Positions 7,761-16,405 of a DNA stretch of 57,005 nt are shown here, piece by piece. The position numbers and the translations under genes are program-made. Source of the DNA: a virus (Duplodnaviria; Caudoviricetes); the IMG/VR virus record IMGVR_UViG_3300025667_000005, positions 1 through 57,005 of that record, one strand, 5' to 3'. The notes beneath the pieces are model-generated. The model worked only from the letters and a program-made list of their open reading frames with translations. It was not told the origin of the DNA and did no database searches. Each line of letters starts with the position of its first letter. Positions within the stretch are counted from its first letter, which is position 1.

Positions 7761-7764
7761 TTTG

Positions 7765-7944
7765 TTATCCTTCTTTTTTGTTGTTGTTACAGTTATGGCA
7801 TTCACCAGACCAGATGATGCTGACTAGCGGTAGCATCCTTTCACAGGTTATGCATTGCCCGTACTCATTTCCTGCGCTATCACAAAGTACCGCGTCGTCG
7901 TCAGGTTCCTCCGATGAACCATAACCATAGTACTTCTTAATCAT
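7765..7944 (-). CDS. small zinc-ribbon protein
   Basis: CITC...CHNC; start MIKKYY overlaps upstream stop. Confidence 0.55.
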   Translation of the reverse strand: MIKKYYGYGSSEEPDDDAVLCDSAGNEYGQCITCERMLPLVSIIWSGECHNCNNNKKEG

Positions 7945-9385
7945 CAGATACTTCAATATCCATGATGTCGCCGTATAACTTGTCGGTGTCCTGTTGATCA
8001 TACCCACCATTAGGTAGTTGCTTGGCTTGATCACCAGCGCTACTTCCAAACAGGCGAGATAGTACACCAGCGCCACCACGAGAGTCCATAGAGATAGACA
8101 GGTGTTCTCGTGATTCTGTTATGTTTCTCATCTTTTCTATGAGGGTAAACATACGATCAATCTCAACAGAGAGTGCTGGGTCAAGACCTTGCCCATCCAA
8201 CTCCTCAGCGAACCGAGAGAACAGAACACGGGTCGCTTGCATCTCTACCATGATCCGCATTGCTGCCATTAACTGGTCTTTCGTGCGAATCTCTACCGGC
8301 AGATTAAACCCGCACTCAGACTCTTCTTTGAATGCGGGACATCTGGAGGCGAGATAGCAACTATCGCATTGTCGCAATAACTGCCCAGTGGAGGCTAAAG
8401 TGGTTACTTTTTCTACCACCGCCTCGTTGGGTTCTTCCTGCTCAGAGGCATTATTTGAGTCAAAGACGGTAGTCTCTTCCAGACCCACGCCGGGTAGTAA
8501 TACTTTCTCACTCTCGTGCCGCTTCTTAGGACCTACGATAGTAATACTTGTACTAGTGGAAACCCCAGTGTCTCCACTATGGTCTTTTTGCCCGATAGTA
8601 ACTATCTCGTCCTTTTCGGTGTCAGTTTCGTCGTCTAGAAGTCCATCGTTGTCTTGTCCTGAGGGGTCATAGGCCAAAGTATCTTCGCCCGCCCATGCCT
8701 GCCAAGATCGTATGGCGAGCATACCAAGAGCATCCACAGAGTCTTCCATAACATCATCGTAGTTAACGCCCAGACGAATGATGTCAGAGCGGTGCCGCTT
8801 ACGTGCGGCTTCCTTTTGTTGCGCTGGGTAGCGACGTAGCCCATGACCATCCCACACCTGCGTCTCCCCGTAGCGAATGACGGATGTCCATGAACCGACA
8901 ACTACCGTGTGCCACGGGCCAGAATCAATAAGGTCAACCTTAGAGGTGAACACGATCATCTCTGTTCCCCAACGCTGCTGTAGTTGTTTAATGCGTGGGA
9001 GCGTCTTAGAGGTTATTGCTTTATCACTTAAGGCGACTCTACGTCCACGCTCACATAAGTTAGCGAGCCTCTCTAGGTCATCCTTGTCGTTCCACATGGG
9101 TACGTACTTAGAGCCTAGCCATTCGCCATCATAGTCTGGCATACCTATAATAGTATGGAGGTCTGACTCGTGTTGGCGAATGAAGTCATCAAAGCGATGG
9201 ATATCTAGATCGGTTTCTGAAACGTATACCAGAATGTCTCCCCCCTTAAACTTATCTGAGAGGACTAGTTCCTTGCGCTTTGGTATCGGGAACTGCGTGA
9301 GGTTAACCGCAAAGGAGGTGACACCAGAGGCGAGTAGGAGGGATAAATGTGACCCCTTCTCCGCACCAGCAAATATAACATTCAT
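7937..9385 (-). CDS. degenerate TGT/DpdA-like domain fused to 4-Cys C-terminal domain
   Basis: N-terminal IFAGAE, PWHTVVVGSW...RYGE; acidic linker; CDSCx5CP...EC. Gene is secure, fold call tentative. Confidence 0.45.
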   Translation of the reverse strand: MNVIFAGAEKGSHLSLLLASGVTSFAVNLTQFPIPKRKELVLSDKFKGGDILVYVSETDLDIHRFDDFIRQHESDLHTIIGMPDYDGEWLGSKYVPMWNDKDDLERLANLCERGRRVALSDKAITSKTLPRIKQLQQRWGTEMIVFTSKVDLIDSGPWHTVVVGSWTSVIRYGETQVWDGHGLRRYPAQQKEAARKRHRSDIIRLGVNYDDVMEDSVDALGMLAIRSWQAWAGEDTLAYDPSGQDNDGLLDDETDTEKDEIVTIGQKDHSGDTGVSTSTSITIVGPKKRHESEKVLLPGVGLEETTVFDSNNASEQEEPNEAVVEKVTTLASTGQLLRQCDSCYLASRCPAFKEESECGFNLPVEIRTKDQLMAAMRIMVEMQATRVLFSRFAEELDGQGLDPALSVEIDRMFTLIEKMRNITESREHLSISMDSRGGAGVLSRLFGSSAGDQAKQLPNGGYDQQDTDKLYGDIMDIEVSDD

Positions 9386-9864
9386 GTAAACTCTCCCCAA
9401 GTGGCTTCTGCTTTGATTATCTTCTGTTGGTCAACTTCACCAACGAGATCGTCCCATGTTCTTCGCTCTGTCTTCTTGTCTGAGCGCCATTCTATACGAG
9501 GCACAGAGGGAGCGATAGCAAGGAGTGTGGGTAAGCCCTCTTCAATGGCGAGGCGAGCGCTGTGTGGATCAATGTCCACGAACCACACAACGCCACCAAA
9601 GGCGTTACGTAGTTGTGTTGCTCTGAGCACCTTGGACTCCGCAGTGTTGTCCGTAGCGTAGTCAATCATGCTCGGCTTTAGGTTGTTAACTCGGAGCCAG
9701 TGCTCCATGTGATCCTTGTCATCCCGAGCGTCAGCAATGAGGATAATACTACCACTGTACTGGCTGAAGAGTAGTCCCCACAGTCGTTTACCCTCAACAC
9801 TTGGGAGGCGTTCTCCGAGGGCCTTACCGGGTAGGGCCAGCGTGTCCATAGTGATTAGTATCAT
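9382..9864 (-). CDS. HAD-like fold protein, degenerate
   Basis: ILITMDTL (no DxD), HWLRVNNL, WFVDIDP. Confidence 0.5.
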   Translation of the reverse strand: MILITMDTLALPGKALGERLPSVEGKRLWGLLFSQYSGSIILIADARDDKDHMEHWLRVNNLKPSMIDYATDNTAESKVLRATQLRNAFGGVVWFVDIDPHSARLAIEEGLPTLLAIAPSVPRIEWRSDKKTERRTWDDLVGEVDQQKIIKAEATWGEFT

Positions 9865-9870
9865 GAGGCA

Positions 9871-10428
9871 CTAACCTTTAGGGGGTGTCCACAACTTGCT
9901 CTTACCGGCCCCTTTGGGCTTCCTTCCAACTGGGCCGTTAACCATAGTTTCAGAGGCTACTGTGTCATGCTTAGTAGAGTACAGGCCCAACTCTTTTCTA
10001 GAGTTATATACGTAGTGCTCGTTAGCAGGACAGTACATACACAGATACTGACGATGCTTCTTGGGTACCCCTGTTTTGCGCCCAACAGTTTTAGACTCAT
10101 CCTGCCAGTCAATGCATCCTGCTTTAGGGCGACTGTGTTTACTGAAACACTTCAGGGCATCCTCTTTGAGATCGTCACGTATAGCCCGAACCTCAATCTC
10201 ATTGTCCATGAGTTCTTTTTTAACCGCTGTCTCCATATCCAACTTGCTGGATGTTGCTTCATCACAGCGAATAATCATAGATACATGGGATTCAGGGCGT
10301 GGGTCAGCGGCTTGTCCCAAGTGACGATTAATAGTCTCTATGAGTTCCATATCGTACTCAGCGGTTCCTTCGTAGTCCCGCATATTGTGCAGGACACCGC
10401 AGGACTTGCATAGCAAGAGGCGTGGCAT
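9871..10428 (-). CDS. Cys-rich (zinc-binding) hypothetical protein
   Basis: CKSC, CFxxHxRP..C, YLCxYCP; ATG 5 nt after TACAAT. Confidence 0.7.
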   Translation of the reverse strand: MPRLLLCKSCGVLHNMRDYEGTAEYDMELIETINRHLGQAADPRPESHVSMIIRCDEATSSKLDMETAVKKELMDNEIEVRAIRDDLKEDALKCFSKHSRPKAGCIDWQDESKTVGRKTGVPKKHRQYLCMYCPANEHYVYNSRKELGLYSTKHDTVASETMVNGPVGRKPKGAGKSKLWTPPKG

Positions 10429-10468
10429 ATTGAATTGTACTCCAGTTAGTAGTTTTGTATAAGTTAGT

Positions 10469-10690
10469 CTAGTGTTGGCAAGAGCAACTGCCTGCGGCAG
10501 ACTCACCAGACACCTTAACAGGGAATCCAGAGGAATCCGCACCATAGTGCCACGGTAATTCTGATGCTCGTTGTGTCACGTTAGTAAGGTCTACCTCACC
10601 ACCACGGTCTGGGGCGAGGAACTTACGGACACCGTCGTCTTTGCCTTGTACAAGGTCTTGGTTCATTGAGCGGGTTTCGTTTACAGACAT
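10469..10690 (-). CDS. hypothetical protein
   Basis: 73-aa ORF 5 nt after TGATATACT. Confidence 0.65.
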   Translation of the reverse strand: MSVNETRSMNQDLVQGKDDGVRKFLAPDRGGEVDLTNVTQRASELPWHYGADSSGFPVKVSGESAAGSCSCQH

Positions 10691-10695
10691 AGTTT

Positions 10696-10704
10696 AGTAT
10701 ATCA
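10696..10704 (-). promoter_or_regulatory. extended -10 (leaderless) promoter
   Basis: TGATATACT 5 nt upstream of ATG 10690. Confidence 0.55.
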
Positions 10705-10721
10705 CCTTATAGTAGTGGGAG

Positions 10722-11540
10722 TTAATAGGTCTTGCTTCCTATTTTAGAATTGCTTACTGAGGGGAACAGACCGAGGTCTGGGTTCTTCATGGAGATAGAG
10801 GATGCTCTATTAATAGACTTATCAAAGTCTTGACGAGCGGCCTCCGCTGGGTTTTCTGATCGCCACTGATTACGGGCACGTGTGCCTTCACGGCGTGTAG
10901 CGTTCTTCTCATCTCTTGCAGATGACTCGGCTTTGTACCAGTCAGACGCTGCCTTGCGACCGCCATCATAGCCACCTCGGGTGTTATTTCTAGTACTTGG
11001 TCCACCGGAACCTATTTGTAGTTGTCCGGGGGTGCTCATTCCTAGAGATTGGAATAGTTTAGTGGACGGGCGATCCCCAAGAGGACCACCCACCCCCATC
11101 ATCTTATTTGTGTCTATACCTTTACGGAGTGCCTCAGTTCCAACTGTTGCTGGATCAAAGGGTTTCTCAAAGGGCACTATGTCAGTAGGCGGTTTACTAG
11201 GAGGAAAGGGTGGCAGGGGGTCCAGTGGTGGGGTATCAGGGGTATCAGGGGTCTTAGGTTTATCAGGGTTATCAGGAGTACTTTCTTCCTCCGCTGTACG
11301 CTTATCTTCCACAGTGAGTTTGAACTTTGGGGCGTACTCAAAGGACCTACCTGCATCAGATGCTGTTCGGTCAGCGCCCACACCAGCGGAACCACCGCCA
11401 CCAAGTCCACCACCGCCACCGCCACCAGCGCCAGCGCCAGCGCCTTGTCCGCTCTGGTAACTGCCGGGGTGAAGTCCCGTGTAGATGTACTGGCCTTGTG
11501 CGGCCACGTTATCTGCGTTCATGTATCGGGGTGCTGGCAT
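10722..11540 (-). CDS. low-complexity Gly/Pro-rich hypothetical protein
   Basis: Poly-Gly and PDTP repeats; ATG follows a -10 box. Confidence 0.7.
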   Translation of the reverse strand: MPAPRYMNADNVAAQGQYIYTGLHPGSYQSGQGAGAGAGGGGGGGLGGGGSAGVGADRTASDAGRSFEYAPKFKLTVEDKRTAEEESTPDNPDKPKTPDTPDTPPLDPLPPFPPSKPPTDIVPFEKPFDPATVGTEALRKGIDTNKMMGVGGPLGDRPSTKLFQSLGMSTPGQLQIGSGGPSTRNNTRGGYDGGRKAASDWYKAESSARDEKNATRREGTRARNQWRSENPAEAARQDFDKSINRASSISMKNPDLGLFPSVSNSKIGSKTY

Positions 11541-11546
11541 GGTTCT

Positions 11547-11555
11547 ATTATACCA
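11547..11555 (-). promoter_or_regulatory. extended -10 (leaderless) promoter
   Basis: TGGTATAAT 6 nt upstream of ATG 11540. Confidence 0.65.
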
Positions 11556-11561
11556 CTCTTA

Positions 11562-11933
11562 TTAAGTCCACATTGGGGTCATGGAGTATCTGCCTGATCC
11601 ACTGAAGGTATCGTCAACAAGTGACCCATTGTGTAACATTACTGGGCTACCAGACACCCAAGATCGGTAGGAGGGTGTCTCTCGTGACGTATTGATAATG
11701 TCCATTATGCCCTGCTCGCTCTTAGCGAAGCCTCGCCGCTCTGGGTTTAGCGCTTGGGGCACCACCGGTCGGGTAGCACGTATGGTCTCTGGGTCAGAGA
11801 TAGCAGAGTCTAGAGCGATGTCAACAAGGTACTCTTGTCGTGTCTGCCAAGGGCGTCTCTTTTGACGGTACTCCTGTAGAGCGAATGCTTGGTTAACGGG
11901 GTTATCCTCGTCTACTGGTCTATTCAGTCCCAT
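11562..11933 (-). CDS. hypothetical protein
   Basis: 123-aa ORF in tight operon. Confidence 0.7.
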   Translation of the reverse strand: MGLNRPVDEDNPVNQAFALQEYRQKRRPWQTRQEYLVDIALDSAISDPETIRATRPVVPQALNPERRGFAKSEQGIMDIINTSRETPSYRSWVSGSPVMLHNGSLVDDTFSGSGRYSMTPMWT

Positions 11934-12408
11934 AGCCGTTGTTTTCTAGGTTGTTTTTGTGAGACTCATCAATGGATACCTTGATGTTTCTAGGGTTGTT
12001 ACGAAAGCGGGCCTCTGCAGCAGTAGAAGAAGATTGTGTGGACATATTAACAGCGTCCAAAGGAGAGTCATCCTTATAAATGGTGGCGTACATACTACCT
12101 ATAGGGTACTGTGCGCTATACCCGTCCCCTAAATCGTGGTGGTATATAGGGTACTCATCAGCGTCCTCGTGCTGTTCAGCGTTCTCACGTGGTCGTATAT
12201 TACCAGCAGCATGGTCATCAGACCAGTGTGTGTTAACATCCTGCCAAGCGTCGGTGACTACATTGTCTCGGTACCCGCCCTTATACCCAAACGCTGCCTC
12301 TTCCATTGAATCAAAGATATTAGCACCAAGTGCCCTGCCCGCTATCTTAGACTCTTCGTCCTTAGACATCCCAAACTGTTCACCAAACTGTGATGGGTTA
12401 ACTGTCAT
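11920..12408 (-). CDS. hypothetical protein
   Basis: Start reassigned to MTVNPSQF (12408) to minimise overlap. Confidence 0.65.
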   Translation of the reverse strand: MTVNPSQFGEQFGMSKDEESKIAGRALGANIFDSMEEAAFGYKGGYRDNVVTDAWQDVNTHWSDDHAAGNIRPRENAEQHEDADEYPIYHHDLGDGYSAQYPIGSMYATIYKDDSPLDAVNMSTQSSSTAAEARFRNNPRNIKVSIDESHKNNLENNGYGTE

Positions 12409-12652
12409 GGCTACGAGTACCATCTTCCCATTGTATAGGGAACCCTGTGCGTCGGGCTTCGGTGTTTCTATACGAACGGTTACCCTCACCGAGGGCTGTT
12501 ATTTGGAAAAGTGGTTTACCTGATGAACCCATAACGTGTCCATTAATAAACAAACCTTCAAGGGTGACAGGGTCAATAGAGGTGACACCAGACTCATCCA
12601 TTGTGGTTATGTCAGGGACGTTGTCCCCACTCATACTCAGGTCAATGGTCAT
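12398..12652 (-). CDS. hypothetical protein
   Basis: 84-aa ORF, TAATG overlap. Confidence 0.65.
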   Translation of the reverse strand: MTIDLSMSGDNVPDITTMDESGVTSIDPVTLEGLFINGHVMGSSGKPLFQITALGEGNRSYRNTEARRTGFPIQWEDGTRSHDS

Positions 12653-12969
12653 TAGTACAGGTGATCTAGGCCCTCTATAGAGCCTAATGTATCGGATGGG
12701 GTTTCTTCCATGAGTGCCCTCATCATGTCTACGTGGGCGTGCTCTCCTTCTAACTGAAGGCTTTCTGCTCGGTCGTCTACAGCAAAGCCACGGTAATCAC
12801 GTCCACTAGAGCCACCTTGGAAGCGCGCTCCCTCAAACTGACGCTGGTGTTCAGCAGCAGTACGTGAACCGTACTCCTCGTGTTGTTGCTCACGGTGATG
12901 GGTCAGGCGATTAACACGTCCGTGTGCTTTGTCCCTGTTTAGACCATGTACAATAGGATCATCATTCAT
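12652..12969 (-). CDS. hypothetical protein
   Basis: GAGGGGG SD before MNDDP. Confidence 0.65.
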   Translation of the reverse strand: MNDDPIVHGLNRDKAHGRVNRLTHHREQQHEEYGSRTAAEHQRQFEGARFQGGSSGRDYRGFAVDDRAESLQLEGEHAHVDMMRALMEETPSDTLGSIEGLDHLY

Positions 12970-13276
12970 TGAAGCCCCCCTCAATAACTCTTGTTAGTGT
13001 ATCATCACCAGTGAAGTCTGAGAAGCCTATATCTGATAGACCTCCCTGCGTGTGTCCCACACCACTAGCGGACCCAGCGTGCAGGGAACCACCACCACCG
13101 CCGGTGTACTTTTCCTCTTCTGGATCAGCGTCCACGGGGGCACCCGCTAGGGCGCTAAGGTACTGGGCTTGACGTATGACAGCGTCAGTCACAGGGTTCT
13201 TATTAATGAGACGAGGGGCACGCCCGGCCTCGGGGGTGGTCCTGTCATCTGGGTGCTGAGATCGGTGCTTTATCAT
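12962..13276 (-). CDS. Gly-rich hypothetical protein
   Basis: GGAG SD before MIKHR. Confidence 0.65.
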   Translation of the reverse strand: MIKHRSQHPDDRTTPEAGRAPRLINKNPVTDAVIRQAQYLSALAGAPVDADPEEEKYTGGGGGSLHAGSASGVGHTQGGLSDIGFSDFTGDDTLTRVIEGGFNE

Positions 13277-13278
13277 GG

Positions 13279-13797
13279 TTATCTCCAAAGAGGCATCAGG
13301 TGCCTCAGTCTGGACTGCCGTTCTGGGTTAGTTGGTATTTTCTCTGAACCGGGCTGTGCTCGCTTCATCGCTGTACTACCACTTATTTTACCATCATTTG
13401 TTAGGCGAGGGGCCTCAGAACCAGCGGGAGCAAACTTCATGCCCATTTGTTCATACTTTAGTCCAGTAAACTTATTAAACTCTTCTGGCCAAAGGTAGTC
13501 CGAGGGGTTTACTCTCTCCCCTTTGTGCACACCACGGCTGTACTGGCGAAGGTTCATTCGCTCAATATGTCCGAGAACCTTGTCGGCTCGTCGGTTACCT
13601 TCCATAGGACCAAGGTACCCATCTGGGTATTGGGTCTCTACACCGGTACGGTATCCCGAGGTGAGGTAATCTTTTGCGCTACGGAAGTTAGGGGCTGGTC
13701 CGAGGGATGCTGATGTGGCTGCTCCCGGCGGTTGCGAGGGGCTATTCCAATTGGCGAATACCGCTTGGTTACCGCTCGTTCCTGAGTCATTACTCAT
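13279..13797 (-). CDS. hypothetical protein
   Basis: 172-aa ORF; YPDGYLG and YSRGVHKGER blocks. Confidence 0.75.
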   Translation of the reverse strand: MSNDSGTSGNQAVFANWNSPSQPPGAATSASLGPAPNFRSAKDYLTSGYRTGVETQYPDGYLGPMEGNRRADKVLGHIERMNLRQYSRGVHKGERVNPSDYLWPEEFNKFTGLKYEQMGMKFAPAGSEAPRLTNDGKISGSTAMKRAQPGSEKIPTNPERQSRLRHLMPLWR

Positions 13798-13803
13798 CTT
13801 ATG

Positions 13804-14025
13804 TTACACACCAGTGCTATGGGACCCTGAGGTACCAAACGCAGTCAAGATGCCCCCAGCGGCATTACCCGAGGGAGCGATTGGTACAGGCTTTTTGCTT
13901 TCACGAGCAAAACGGGTGGCCTTAATACCGGGGGCACCCTCACGAGTACGCATGGCAGGAGATCCATCGGGGTACCCGTGTGGTTTGATCTGTTCTAGGG
14001 CTTGTCGTTGGTTAGGTATAATCAT
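13804..14025 (-). CDS. hypothetical protein
   Basis: 73-aa ORF filling the gap. Confidence 0.55.
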   Translation of the reverse strand: MIIPNQRQALEQIKPHGYPDGSPAMRTREGAPGIKATRFARESKKPVPIAPSGNAAGGILTAFGTSGSHSTGV

Positions 14026-14028
14026 AAG

Positions 14029-14331
14029 TTAGTTACAGCGTGGTTTGAAGAACATTGCGGATATGCTGTCTCCGTTATCCCCTATTATATCATCAAAGCC
14101 GATGACGTAGGAAACGTCAATGCCTCGTGGTGCAACGAATCCTCGTGCGATAGCACATGACTTCACTGCTTGGTTAACCGCACTAGCGCCAATAGCCCTC
14201 ATTTTAGGAGTGTGACCAGCGCTTATTGCACGTGCGAGAATAGAGCCTACGCTCTGTGGGTTACTTGATCCTGATACCTTGATAATAGAATCGTTGGTAA
14301 CACTGCTATCATACTTAACATTTTCTGACAT
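14029..14331 (-). CDS. spoVS: SpoVS family (Alba-like nucleic-acid-binding) protein
   Basis: IKVSGSSNPQSVG...RAIGASAVNQAVKSCAIARGFVAPRGID is the SpoVS signature. Confidence 0.92.
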   Translation of the reverse strand: MSENVKYDSSVTNDSIIKVSGSSNPQSVGSILARAISAGHTPKMRAIGASAVNQAVKSCAIARGFVAPRGIDVSYVIGFDDIIGDNGDSISAMFFKPRCN

Positions 14332-14372
14332 TGGGAACTCCTTGGTGGTACTAATAGTGTCTCACCTACAGT

Positions 14373-14738
14373 TTACCTGTAACCAGCCTCTTGCATGAGT
14401 TCAACCACATCACATAACCGCATCATTGCATAGGTCTCGTCCACGGAGTGTGCCCCCTTACCGGGTCGTTTAACAACTAACACGGGTAGACCATTGTCTA
14501 GTCTGCTCGCTTGTTCTACAGTGTCATTAAGCCAGCCACTTAGGTTAAACTTCTTTTGGTTCTTGCACTGAAAGGCTACCTTACGTCCGGTACCTTCCTG
14601 TGACACACCATTTAGGTCTCCCGTATCATAGGCACCCGCCAGTGACGTGCGGTACGCCTCAGTGAATCCCTTTCCTTGTAAGTACTCTTTTATAAGGGTC
14701 TCAAACGATGTGCCCTTTTGTTTAGATGGGTTAGCCAT
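14373..14738 (-). CDS. Holliday junction resolvase, PD-(D/E)XK type
   Basis: SKQKGTSFE, DTGDL, FQCKN, VVKRPG. Confidence 0.8.
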   Translation of the reverse strand: MANPSKQKGTSFETLIKEYLQGKGFTEAYRTSLAGAYDTGDLNGVSQEGTGRKVAFQCKNQKKFNLSGWLNDTVEQASRLDNGLPVLVVKRPGKGAHSVDETYAMMRLCDVVELMQEAGYR

Positions 14739-15208
14739 TATGCGTTAGTCCATTGTGTACGGCGCTCGTTAGGAGCAACACTTATACGTCGTGACAACTC
14801 ACGAGAGAGCACGCTTGTGTTACGCTCTCCCCTGTCAAACACAGTAGACACTAACTTACGGTAGGCGCGAGACTGTTGGTACGTGCCACGTTTGTCCATG
14901 ACCTCGGGGTGTACATCCCGTCGTGCCTTAGCCATAGTTACTCTCTCAGACTTATTGGTATCCCCGTACTGTAGTAGTACTACTGTCTCTATATGTTTGA
15001 GTGCTGCTAGGGACCCTTCTTCAGAGATCTCTGCTTTAGACAGTTCGGCTTTGGAGTAGTTGACCCACGCCACTACCTCTGTGTACAATGACATAAGGGT
15101 ACGGTCAGACATGTCCTCTAGGTCGTTAGGTATCTCGGGCAGGCTAGTGCCCGGACGTTCTGGCAGAGAGAACTTTAGATTAAACTTGTTGGAGTAAAGG
15201 TTGTTCAT
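14738..15208 (-). CDS. helical hypothetical protein, possible UvsY-like recombination mediator
   Basis: All-helical coiled-coil character and position in the RecA cluster; function inferred. Confidence 0.4.
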   Translation of the reverse strand: MNNLYSNKFNLKFSLPERPGTSLPEIPNDLEDMSDRTLMSLYTEVVAWVNYSKAELSKAEISEEGSLAALKHIETVVLLQYGDTNKSERVTMAKARRDVHPEVMDKRGTYQQSRAYRKLVSTVFDRGERNTSVLSRELSRRISVAPNERRTQWTNA

Positions 15209-16083
15209 GATGACTCCCAGCATAGGTCCTTGTAGGCACAATACTTACATGGTGTCTTAGACTTGAACTCAGCCCATGAGGGACGGTCTGGTAACCGATC
15301 AGCCTTTAGGTCACTATCAAGAGATCCACAGTTATAGAGGATGTCACTGATAACCTCTGGTTGGTACTGAACAGTGAACTCTTTAACGTCCTGCCCAGCC
15401 TTCCATTCATAGATGAACACCATAGTATGTATACCTGTACAGTACATATATAGAGAGCCTTGCCGTAAGTGAGAGGGGAACGGGCGCTTAACGTCCTTCC
15501 ACATCTCCTCAGCGGTTATCTCTTTGTGTGCATACTGGTTGAACAGTTGTGGTGCCTCATACCTGAATGTACCAATACCCATACTCTTTATTTCAATGAG
15601 TGCGTCAGATCCGTCGGGCATAATAATGTGCCCATCGGCGTGACCTAATATGTTTAACTCTTTATTGGTAACAGGAACCTCAAGGTACTCTACTTGTTTA
15701 GACTGACAGGACTCACACGTGCCGGACCCATACCAAGTGTGTTCACACTCATGACACAGCCACTTTCCTCTTAGTATTCCGAGGTCCTTAAACCATCCTT
15801 GCCACTTGGAGTGTATCCGGTTACCTTCCTCAAAGATGTTGAGTGTGCGAAAGGGCTTAGGTCTTTCTGGGTTACTTTCTGTAAAGCCCATAACCTTGTA
15901 GGCTGTCTCTCGTGTGCACCAGTCCCTCTTACACATTGAACTAGGGTGAAAGTGTTTAGTGTCCCGTAGGGCTGAGGACTCTTCGTTGGCCTTTAACAAC
16001 AAAGGGTGTACTAGGGACACCAGTGTTGACTTATTCTTCATAGACTCCCGCATAGCGGCAGCCTTCCATGCATCATTGCTCAT
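15205..16083 (-). CDS. Cas4-like PD-(D/E)XK exonuclease
   Basis: HPSSMC, GNRIH, GHADG, EIKS, QxxxY, CKYCxYxxxC; inserted CxxC...CxxC ribbon. Confidence 0.85.
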   Translation of the reverse strand: MSNDAWKAAAMRESMKNKSTLVSLVHPLLLKANEESSALRDTKHFHPSSMCKRDWCTRETAYKVMGFTESNPERPKPFRTLNIFEEGNRIHSKWQGWFKDLGILRGKWLCHECEHTWYGSGTCESCQSKQVEYLEVPVTNKELNILGHADGHIIMPDGSDALIEIKSMGIGTFRYEAPQLFNQYAHKEITAEEMWKDVKRPFPSHLRQGSLYMYCTGIHTMVFIYEWKAGQDVKEFTVQYQPEVISDILYNCGSLDSDLKADRLPDRPSWAEFKSKTPCKYCAYKDLCWESS

Positions 16084-16405
16084 TTGCTATCATCTCCATA
16101 AAGTCTGTCTCGCATAATACTACGTATGATCTTCCACTTATGTCTATCTGCATTACTGGTATTCTGTCTTCCTTGACAGCGACCCTCGTTAACTTGATGA
16201 GGTCCACTAACTTTAAGGAGTACGATTGCTTCTCAGTGAACTTGTTCTCTATGAGCAAGTCCTCGGTACGTACATCATTCTTACGTACCCAGCCAGCGCC
16301 CGACATTACATTGCGGCTGCCATTATAGTTTTCCGCAGAGCGCTTCTCTTGCTTGACTGACTTGTTTAGGATACGGTTCTGTTCTTCCTTACTTCGCATC
16401 CTCAC
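16073..16405 (-). CDS. small PD-(D/E)XK nuclease / resolvase-like protein
   Basis: SGAGW.RKNDV...LIENKFT. Confidence 0.7.
   Translation of the reverse strand: MRMRSKEEQNRILNKSVKQEKRSAENYNGSRNVMSGAGWVRKNDVRTEDLLIENKFTEKQSYSLKLVDLIKLTRVAVKEDRIPVMQIDISGRSYVVLCETDFMEMIANEQ

Noticed and set aside
15205-16083. Cas4-like gene as evidence of a CRISPR system
   Set aside because: No repeat-spacer array or other cas genes seen; context is a RecA recombination operon
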